DNA of 64,000 bases, taken from the NCBI GenBank assembly GCA_000004985.1, contig GG738848.1; one strand, 5' to 3'. Shown piece after piece: positions 55,797-64,000 of the stretch. The DNA is from Naegleria gruberi. Its lineage: Eukaryota. Made by a program: the position numbers and the translations under genes. How positions within the stretch are numbered: position 1 is the stretch's first letter; every line of letters begins with the position of its first letter. Under the pieces are notes generated by a model. That model made no database searches. It was not told where the DNA came from and saw only the letters and a list, made by a program, of their open reading frames with translations.

Positions 55797-57131
55797 TTAT
55801 TGTTCTTCTGGTTGTGGTGGCTTCTTATTCCAGTCGAACTTTTCTCCAGAAATTCTTTCGTGGATAGAGACAATATCTTCAGCACATGATTCATAGTGAG
55901 TAGTAGCATCATAAGACTTTGAAATAAAGACACCATCATTCTTACCATCATCCAATGGAGCAAAAGTATCAAGAATGTAAACAAACTTTTCTTCGATTGG
56001 ATTCAAAATGTCAAGAACAACCTTAACTTCAGCCTCTGGATTTTCAGTTTCAACAGTAGTAGAAACGATAGCAATATACTTTCCGTTTGGAGCAACGTGG
56101 TGAGTGAATGATGTCACACAACAATAAATATCATGCTTACGACCAGTTGATTTTTGTGGGAAGATAATTTGGACAGACTTGGCATCACCAGTACTCTTAA
56201 CTGGATGGGAAAGGATACAAATTACACGAATAACTTTACCAGTCTTACGGACCTTATCTTGGAAGTAGCTTGGATCACCAACAACCATCTTGGCCTTGGC
56301 AACTTGACCTTCAGATTCAACACCAATGACACGTCCACTTTCATCATAGAGAACCTTATCAACTGGCTTGTCTAACATATAAGTACCACCATAAACAGCA
56401 CACAAACGAGCAAAAACTTGTGGTAATTCACCCAAACCATACATTGGATAAACGTATGGTGATTTTCCGTACATGTTAAGTGATTCTTCATAGAGCTTCA
56501 TTCTTTCAATGACTTGAATAGCTGGAACAGTAGTCATATATGAATCGTCAGTGTACAATGCAACAGCATGTCCCAAAAAGTCAGTAGTATCATCAGAAAC
56601 ACCAAAATACTTAAAGACCTTATCAATAGAATCCTTTGAACAGTCAAATCCTTGATGAGTCTTTGGATTGGTTTGTTCATAGTCATACAAGTAAGATAAA
56701 AGCTTCTTGGCCTTCAACTTTTCAAAGAATCCCAACAAATTACTCTTGGCAACTTCAGTTGGAGTGACTGGAACCTTTTCAATAGCACCCTTGTGATAGA
56801 CAAAACTTCCTTCAACCAAAGCAAATTCCATATTATAACGAGTAACGCCAGTCATTCTGAGGATCTTGACGAGCTTACCGTTAGCCATCAAGAATTTTGG
56901 AATCAAGTCAATGTTATAATCTCTACTTCTACCAAGACTTGTTGGTGGTTTGACGTCCTTTCCTCTAAACTTTTCATACATTTGTTCCAAGTTGAGAGAG
57001 GCAGATTCACCACCATAATAATTGTTACGATCCATGTGGAGAACCTTCTTGCCTGACACAGACAACAAGCCAGAAATAACGCACTCGGTTAAACCTGTAC
57101 CAAGAACAATAACGTCGTATTCTTCATTCAT
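55797..57131 (-). CDS. GDI: Rab GDP-dissociation inhibitor (GDI)
   Basis: MNEEYDVIVLGTGLTECVISGLLSVSGKKVLHMDRNNYYGG...: the Rab-binding platform and FAD/NAD-like fold are conserved throughout the 444 aa. The real ATG is 26 codons inside the track ORF (57131). Confidence 0.9.
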   Translation of the reverse strand: MNEEYDVIVLGTGLTECVISGLLSVSGKKVLHMDRNNYYGGESASLNLEQMYEKFRGKDVKPPTSLGRSRDYNIDLIPKFLMANGKLVKILRMTGVTRYNMEFALVEGSFVYHKGAIEKVPVTPTEVAKSNLLGFFEKLKAKKLLSYLYDYEQTNPKTHQGFDCSKDSIDKVFKYFGVSDDTTDFLGHAVALYTDDSYMTTVPAIQVIERMKLYEESLNMYGKSPYVYPMYGLGELPQVFARLCAVYGGTYMLDKPVDKVLYDESGRVIGVESEGQVAKAKMVVGDPSYFQDKVRKTGKVIRVICILSHPVKSTGDAKSVQIIFPQKSTGRKHDIYCCVTSFTHHVAPNGKYIAIVSTTVETENPEAEVKVVLDILNPIEEKFVYILDTFAPLDDGKNDGVFISKSYDATTHYESCAEDIVSIHERISGEKFDWNKKPPQPEEQ

Positions 57132-57567
57132 TTTTTTAGATTTTTTAAATTTTGAAAATATAAATTTATTAATAAAAATATAAACGTTGTGATGATGATG
57201 AAAATTCATTCTCCGATCAATGTGCTTTGATCATGATAGAGGAGGTTTGCTTATGGATTGACATTGAGAATTGATGATTGGTCTTTTCACAACATAGTGA
57301 TGGATGGTGGTATTGTTATGGGTTTTTACTTGGGAAGTTGGGTTAAAGCTGGTTGATATATGCCACGTGATGAAGGCGAGAAGATCTTTTGTAAAGTAAT
57401 GTTGGATTCAACAACAATCTCTTAGTTCAATGGTTGGGAGAACATGAATGGAATGATTGAGGAGATGAAATTTCAAAAGATTTCCAAGTTTATTATTCAC
57501 ATATTTACGGAATGGTCAAATAGTCCAAAGAGTATTACTATTACATTGAGTTAATGATACAGGTTTT

Positions 57568-59289
57568 TTACAATTCAGAGAAAGCTTGATCCATGACAGC
57601 TAAAGCAAATTCAACATCAGCCTTGGTAATATTCATAGGTGGCTTAATTCTGAAAACATTTCCGTACAATCCACCCTTACCCAACAACAAACCTAATTCC
57701 TTACTTCTTTCGAAAACTTTGGCAGTTTCTTCCTTAGCTGGTTCCAAAGTGGTTCTATCCTTGACGAGTTCCATACCTAACATTAAACCCTTTCCTCTAA
57801 CATCACCAATGATTGGATACTTTTGTTGGAGTTTCTTCATTCCTTCCAATAAGAGATTACCCATTTCCAATGAATTTTTTTGTAAACCTTCCTTGTCAAT
57901 GACACGAAGGACAGCACGACCAATGGCAGATGAAACTGGATTACCACCATAAGTATTGAAGTGAATCTGTGAGTGTGGTGAAATTAACAATTACAAATAT
58001 GTGAAAATGCACATAAGATATAGAGTGTGAAATAATGTTAAAAAAGAAAACAATCAAATCAAACATACCTTTGAAGCAACAGTCTTGGCAATTTCTGGAG
58101 TAGTAACAACAGCAGCCAATGGAGCACCATTACCAATACCTTTAGCCATTGAAACAATATCAGGCATAACTCCTTCAGCTTCAAATCCCCAGTAATGAGT
58201 ACCAGTTCTACCAAAACCAGTTTGAACTTCATCAGCAATGCAAACACCACCATGCTTTCTGACAGTTTCGTATACCTTCTTCAAATATCCCTTTGGCATT
58301 TCAACACTGCCACCAACACCTTGAATAGGTTCACTGATCCAACCAGCAACAACACCTGGAGTACATTGTTCGATAACATTTTGGACATCCCAATGGTACT
58401 TATCGGCAGCCTTTGGATCATCACTACGGAATGGACCACGGTAGAGATTTGGAGCCAAAACGTGCTTGATACCATCACCTTGTGAAACTGGGAATTTCCA
58501 AGTTGACAATGAGGTAACACCCATAGTACCATAAGACATACCATGGTAACAGTTACGCAAAGCCAAGATGTCTGTATTCTTGGTGTAGAGTCTAGCCATC
58601 AACAAGGCCAAATCGTTTGCTTCACTACCAGAGTTTACAAAGTAAGTGACCTTCAAATTGCCAGGCATCTTGTCAGCCAATTCCTTACCAAACTCAGCAA
58701 TTTGTGGATTGTAATAAATATTAGTAATGTGCATTAACTTTTTCATTTGTTCAGTACCAGCCTTGACAATTTCATCATGACAATGTCCAACAGAAATTGT
58801 AACTGGATTAATTTGATGTCATCACGAAATTAAGAATTTAATCAAATTTTTGCATTTTTTGCAATCATCAAAAATTAATGATGAATTTTCCAATATTTGA
58901 TCAAATTGATCAAAATATTAAAAGGAATGATTAGGAATTGTAATTATTATTAAACAATTGAATGATGATTACTTACCAATACCACCGAAAAAGTCCAAAT
59001 ATCTCTTTCCCTTATCATCAAAGACATATTGCTTCTTTCCTTCAACAATCATGATTGGTTTTTGATAATAAGTCAAGAGACCAGGTGTGAGGTAGGTCTT
59101 TCTCAATCTTTCAACTTCTTCAAAGGAAGGACCAGTATATGGTTGTGGCTTGTGATCACATGGTGGAAGAGTTGGTGCCAAATTGACATTGCTTTGAGTG
59201 CTAAATGATCTACTGCTACTAGTGGTAGTGGCAGAGTTGATCAATCTCAAGCTAGCTTTAGATTTTTTACAAACGTTTCTGGATAACAT
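57568..59289 (-). CDS. AGXT2: Class III (PLP-dependent) aminotransferase, alanine-glyoxylate aminotransferase 2 (AGXT2)-like, mitochondrial. 3 exons: about 58977..59289, 58069..58802, 57568..57966
   Basis: N-terminal presequence, then ...YLDFFGGI|[13 protein letters not shown]...[11 protein letters not shown]...[14 protein letters not shown]...[21 protein letters not shown]...|[16 protein letters not shown].... It joins across introns of about 174 and 102 bp (gtaagt/ccag, gtatgt/cacag). Total 1446 nt or 481 aa. The catalytic Lys sits in SMAKGIGNG. Confidence 0.85.
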
Positions 59290-59663
59290 TTTCTTTTGGA
59301 TTGATGTGTAGTTGTTTTTTTAAAGTGAAATAATAATAGGCACAAATACTGCAAGCTGTTTGCTGCTGTTGGAGAACTTGCATTTCACACACAACTGTTT
59401 CTGCATGACGAGTGTTGCGTCAACCTGAGAGATTGATGATGGGTCGGTTTTTGTAAACTGTAGTGCAAAAAGCAAGCAAGGCTTTAAAAGGCCATCTTGT
59501 AAAGGAGAGATTTGTGATTGCGATCTTCATGAACCATTCTAGATTCGTAGATCATTAGGTTTTTTTACTGTAGTGTGGAAATGTGGTGGTATGATCTCCA
59601 GATTAACTGTGATCGGAACTGTATGATGATCGCAATGTTCCAACAATTTGATCTCCATATTCA

Positions 59664-60659
59664 TTAATTAGATACTAAATGTTGATCTACAAGTTCGTAT
59701 TCAATATCGTCATCATATTCATCTTCGTCATTAGTTCCATCAAAATCATTTTCCTCATCAGAGCCACTGCTATCCAAGTCATCTTCAATCGTGTGAATGA
59801 AATGAAATGCATTGGGGAGAGATGCTATCAAAAGGTTCAAAACTGTGCTAGTAGAAAACATTTTGTAAATGTTCTTTCCAACCTTTGATTCAGTAATTCC
59901 AATAATTTCCTTAAATTTCTTAACTGCTACAGGTTTTGGATAGTTTTGTTCATTCACTAGTTCGATAGCTTCTCCATTGTGAAAAGCCATAAGATTGTGG
60001 GAATGATAGCTAATCTCACAACACTTTATCAATACATTGTCAATATAAAATTGACAATCCTTAGTTTCATTTGTGAGAGAAACAGAAACTCCACTAGCAA
60101 ACAATGTTGGCGAATGATAACTCACTCTATTTAGCAAGTATTTCCAAATAGCTTTCCTGTAAGGCTCTCGATATTGATTGACAATTTTCCTCCAATCCTC
60201 TAGTTTCGAATCTCTAATTTGCTTTACTTCAATCAATTTTGAAACATTCGACAGTTTGGTGCTAAAAACATTAATTCTATTCCTATTTTCACGAAATACA
60301 ATACTCGATTCTTCTCTCTTGATTAATAAATCCAACTCTCGGTTCAATCTGTATTCAATAAATAATTCATGATGATTCAAAACCTCTCGGAATGCAGAGC
60401 ATGTTGATATGAAAGAGAATCCATCTTTAATATGCAAAAGATAGTCAATTATTAATGATACTATTTCTTTTGGAAGATCATTGAGTAATATTGTAGGATT
60501 ATAGATTGTAGAATTATCTTCGTCATCATTGGTTATCGGAACTGATTTGTCGAGTGCAAAATCAAACTCTTCTGGTCGAAATCTCTTCATTTTTTTCAAA
60601 TGGTCAATTACAAGATAATTATCGGAATTGATGACGACCTCATCATAATTAATTTTCAA
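59664..60659 (-). CDS. F-box-like hypothetical protein (331 aa) with an acidic C-terminus
   Basis: LNDLPKEIVSLIIDYLLHIKDGFSFISTCSAFREVL is an F-box-like motif. The C-terminus is a D/E-rich tail. Confidence 0.45.
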   Translation of the reverse strand: MKINYDEVVINSDNYLVIDHLKKMKRFRPEEFDFALDKSVPITNDDEDNSTIYNPTILLNDLPKEIVSLIIDYLLHIKDGFSFISTCSAFREVLNHHELFIEYRLNRELDLLIKREESSIVFRENRNRINVFSTKLSNVSKLIEVKQIRDSKLEDWRKIVNQYREPYRKAIWKYLLNRVSYHSPTLFASGVSVSLTNETKDCQFYIDNVLIKCCEISYHSHNLMAFHNGEAIELVNEQNYPKPVAVKKFKEIIGITESKVGKNIYKMFSTSTVLNLLIASLPNAFHFIHTIEDDLDSSGSDEENDFDGTNDEDEYDDDIEYELVDQHLVSN

Positions 60660-61064
60660 TAATATTGAATATTGTCAATATTCCTTAATCTAATTCTCTA
60701 TTTTTTTAACTATTTTAAAAATTACAATTGAATCACTTCTTTACCAACATATATTATATATATGGGTGCCATTAAAGTGCTATTAAACCACAACAACAGT
60801 ATACCGTCTCATAAGGAGCTTAATATCATGAAAGTGGTGGTCAGAAAATATACTGCAGTGCACACTATTTTTTATTGTGCACTCTCGCAACAAAAATCCT
60901 TGCTTAAAAAAAAACATCCTCCCACCATGTAAATCTCTTAATGATTTTTTTCATTGTTCAAAATTTCTCCTCATCAAATTGCAAAACTCTGTGCGGGCAT
61001 CACAATAAATGGTTGATTTCTTGGAAGATGTGATGATTAATGAACGGAAATAAAATAGCAGAAA

Positions 61065-62344
61065 ATGATTGGAGAAAAGACCATGAAGGCAATGATTATT
61101 GAGGATTATTGCGATAGTCCTGATTTTAAATGTGTTGATATGGAAATTCCTCACAAATTGGAAAAGAATGAAGTGTTGGTGAGAATGGAAGCTGCCTCAG
61201 TTAATCCAATTGATTATAAGGTTTGTTATTTGCCTATAATTAATGATTTTAATGCTGAAACGCTTTCCATCCTTAATAACCTATCAAGATGAGAAATGGT
61301 AAAATGAAAATGATGAAACGTTTGACCTTTCCAGCAGTACTAGGACGTGATGGGTCAGGAGTAGTAGAAAAGATTGGTAGTTCTGTAAAGAACTTCAAGG
61401 TTGGAGATTCTGTTGCAGGTTTCTTTGCTAAAAATCATGGTACCTATGCTGAGTATGCAGTTTTTGAGGAGGATGAAATTGTGACCTATCCAAAAGATGT
61501 CATGACTCCTGAAGAAGCAAGCGCCTTCCCATTAGTTGGATGTACAGTTCTGGAAATGATGAGAAAACATCCACTTGTTGGTGAAGTTTTGGATAGAGAA
61601 GCAGAGAGTTCATTCAAAACTAACGTAATTTCTGAACCAAGAAAAGATGTGAAGAACTTAAAGGTGTTGGTTGTGGGCGCTAGTGGTGGAACTGGACAAG
61701 TTGCCTGTATTATAGCCAAGCAATTCCTTTCTAGATATTTTAATGTTAAGGTTTATGCAGTTTGTTCGGAGAAGAATGCAGAGCTAGTTAGAAAAGTTGG
61801 TGCAGATGTTGTAATTGACTATAACAAGACTTCAGCCAAAGCAGGTGCTCACACAACCCATTCCAAAGGAGGTTTGGCAGATAGTATGAAGAGTATTTGT
61901 CAAGTTATTAGAGATGAGCATCATGACGATTATGTTGATTTGGTTCTCGATTGTGTCGGTGGATATTACTACTACAATGATGTGCATCAACATTTTGATT
62001 GTAGAAGGGCAGAGAATGGAGTTGTTTACTCTACTATTTCAGCACCAAATCCAAATGATTATGAACTAACATTTGGATCTCTTTTAAATATGGGAAGTTA
62101 TATTGCTACGAACAAATTGAGATCATTATCATCATCCTCACCATCATTCTATCAAATCTTTGTAAAGAAGAATACTAGAGATTTGCATTTATTGATGAAT
62201 AACATTGTAACGAGAGAAAATGCTCACAAGAATTTACCACTTTTACAATATCCATTGAGTAATTTAAAAGAAGCTCATTTGCAAATGGAATCACAGAGAA
62301 CTGTTGGCAAGATTATTCTGAATATTGCCAAGAGAATGAAATAA
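61065..62344 (+). CDS. Medium-chain dehydrogenase/reductase (zinc-binding alcohol dehydrogenase / quinone oxidoreductase-like), 2 exons: 61065..61220 and 61289..62344
   Basis: …VLVRMEAASVNPIDYK|MRNGKMKM...FPAVLGRDGSGVV...VGDSV joins across a 68-bp gtttgt...atcaag intron. The Rossmann GxGxxG is LVVGASGGTGQVACIIAK. Total 1212 nt. The real ATG is possibly M at about 61083 (MKAMIIED). Confidence 0.8.
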
Positions 62345-62387
62345 TTGAACTTTAGTGCAAATTCGAATTGTAAATTAGAAATAAAAA

Positions 62388-63095
62388 ATGTCTCAACAAT
62401 GGAACCTTTCACATTTGCCTCTTGAAACTTTACACCTGATCGGAAAGTTTTCACAAGATTCTGAAGAATATTGGTATAATTTATCCCTCGTCAATAAACA
62501 ATTCACAGCATTACATATACAATATTCAGTTTCAAGAAGTTTGAAAAAATTGAATTTACAAATGAGGAGTCTTTTGGCAAATGCTGAGGTTTCTGATTAT
62601 GATAAAGAAATTACAATTTCACAAATTGGTAATCTTGAAAAGGAATGCGCTGAAATTCACTCAATGAATTTACTGAATATGGAACAGAGTGATTACATTA
62701 ACTTTTTGAAAATATGTTATCCTGAGTGTGAAATTTTGAAAGAAACTGGAAGAAAGATTGTAGTGGATGAGCGTTCAAAGGAACATGTCGAATCACTATT
62801 GAACAACTCTATTCGAATGATCATCAAACCGAGTGAATACTATGAGTATATGAACTATTCATTCTATTTTAGAAGTGAAAAGTTTACAGCAAGTGGAAAC
62901 TCATTTACTTGTGGAAAGATCTTTGCCAAATGTTATGGACGTTCATTTATGGATCTAGCTCAAATTAATAGAGATCTTTCGTTTACACAGACCGAAACAA
63001 GTGCTGATAGAATAATGTATTGTAATACTAATGGAGTAGGATTAACTATAGAACTCAATTTAATTCTTGCTATTGAAAAAGAAGGAATCCAATAA
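62388..63095 (+). CDS. Hypothetical protein with an N-terminal F-box-like motif (235 aa)
   Basis: LSHLPLETLHLIGKFSQDSEEYWYNLSLVNKQFTAL, with no other recognisable domain. Confidence 0.4.
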   Translation: MSQQWNLSHLPLETLHLIGKFSQDSEEYWYNLSLVNKQFTALHIQYSVSRSLKKLNLQMRSLLANAEVSDYDKEITISQIGNLEKECAEIHSMNLLNMEQSDYINFLKICYPECEILKETGRKIVVDERSKEHVESLLNNSIRMIIKPSEYYEYMNYSFYFRSEKFTASGNSFTCGKIFAKCYGRSFMDLAQINRDLSFTQTETSADRIMYCNTNGVGLTIELNLILAIEKEGIQ

Positions 63096-63117
63096 AGAAC
63101 AAGTTTCGAATTTATTA

Positions 63118-63990
63118 TTAACAAGTACAACTATCTACATTATTAGTATTGGATGGTGCAGGAGTTGGAGGTGTTACCACACTTCCGCCGCCGCCATTCA
63201 TCTCAATATCAGTCGTATATCCCTTAATCCATGAAGTATAACTTGTAACATTCATAGAAACACCAACATTTGCACCATTTCCACATGTTGAGCTGCCATG
63301 ACTTATAATACCAACCAAGACTGGAGTGGTTGCTCCTGAAGGAGTATAAAACACTGGACTACCACCATCTCCAGAACACAAATCAATATTTTGAGAATTG
63401 GGTCCACTGACACACATTTGAGTTGGTGCTGAAATTGAAAGTTGTTTCTGAGTGCAAGTTGAAGCACTTTGGAGAGTCAATTGAGCTTTTTGAAGCGTAT
63501 TAGTATTGGATGTTGTTGAAGAAGTAGCTCCCCATCCAGCAACTGTCAATGGTGATTGATTGGCGACAGTATTTCCTTCCAATGCAAATCTCTTAACTTT
63601 GGTTGCTTGTGTGGTGATTGGAAAATCTTGAGAAACTTGAACCAAAGCAATATCATTTTCAATGGTGTAAACACTGAAATTTGGATGAGCAACAACTTGT
63701 GAAACAGTTCTCACAATGCATCTTCCAGTTGTGTCTTTGTAACAATTATTATTTGATGTGCCAGCAAAAATTATTAATTTGGAAAGGTCAATTCCTTTAA
63801 CACAATGAGCAGCTGTCAAGAACCATCTTGAATTGATAATTGAACCTCCACAGAAGTGTGAAGGAACTGAATTTGAATCTGTTTGATATTGAATGGAGAC
63901 AACACCTGGAATTTCATTCTCACTTGCAGTTGAGCCACCAGACAGTTGGATAGCACAATGAATATAAGTAGTGGTCAAAAGAATGACCAA
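63118..63990 (-). CDS. Secreted trypsin-like (S1 family) serine protease with a Thr/Pro-rich, Cys-containing C-terminal extension
   Basis: Signal peptide, then IPGVVSIQ...FCGGSIINSRWFLTAAHC (His), DIALVQ (Asp) and CSGDGGSPV (Ser motif variant of GDSGGP). The start codon is 10 nt from the window end. Confidence 0.8.
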   Translation of the reverse strand: MVILLTTTYIHCAIQLSGGSTASENEIPGVVSIQYQTDSNSVPSHFCGGSIINSRWFLTAAHCVKGIDLSKLIIFAGTSNNNCYKDTTGRCIVRTVSQVVAHPNFSVYTIENDIALVQVSQDFPITTQATKVKRFALEGNTVANQSPLTVAGWGATSSTTSNTNTLQKAQLTLQSASTCTQKQLSISAPTQMCVSGPNSQNIDLCSGDGGSPVFYTPSGATTPVLVGIISHGSSTCGNGANVGVSMNVTSYTSWIKGYTTDIEMNGGGGSVVTPPTPAPSNTNNVDSCTC

Positions 63991-64000
63991 TAAAAGTGTG

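Overview
AT-rich (~65-70% A+T) eukaryotic nuclear DNA. Genes are compact, closely spaced and lie on both strands, most with 0-4 very short GT-AG introns of about 40-175 bp. Typical eukaryotic tRNA genes and a U2 snRNA are present, and there is no prokaryotic operon structure. The gene content suggests a small invertebrate or protist-like genome. A rotifer-like animal is possible, but the taxon cannot be fixed from sequence alone. That gene content includes a trypsin-like S1 protease, cathepsin B, an S28 carboxypeptidase, an IFI6/IFI27-like protein, CEMIP/TMEM2-like, UBE2J, Rab-GDI and AGXT2. About 45 protein-coding genes can be supported, many with introns that the ORF track splits into separate ORFs. 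There are 6 tRNA loci, one a deleted pseudo-copy, and one U2 snRNA. There is a 5'-truncated LINE fragment, a roughly 5.9 kb TIR DNA transposon with a frameshifted TNP2/CACTA-KDZ-like transposase, and an 800-bp MITE-like element. There are also tandem coding repeats. The most unusual content is a divergent pair of PARP-catalytic-domain genes that carry tandem PBZ zinc fingers. Also unusual are a CEMIP-like G8/beta-helix protein with a CHRD domain and GPI-type tail, a kinase with an upstream EF-hand-like exon, an ARL GTPase with Leu at the catalytic Gln position, an inverted duplication of initiator tRNA-Met flanking an AKR-cathepsin B segment, and the two DNA-transposon structures. Splice-site, tRNA and repeat coordinates were derived by hand and may be off by 1-2 bp. 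ORF-track coordinates were used as anchors where possible.
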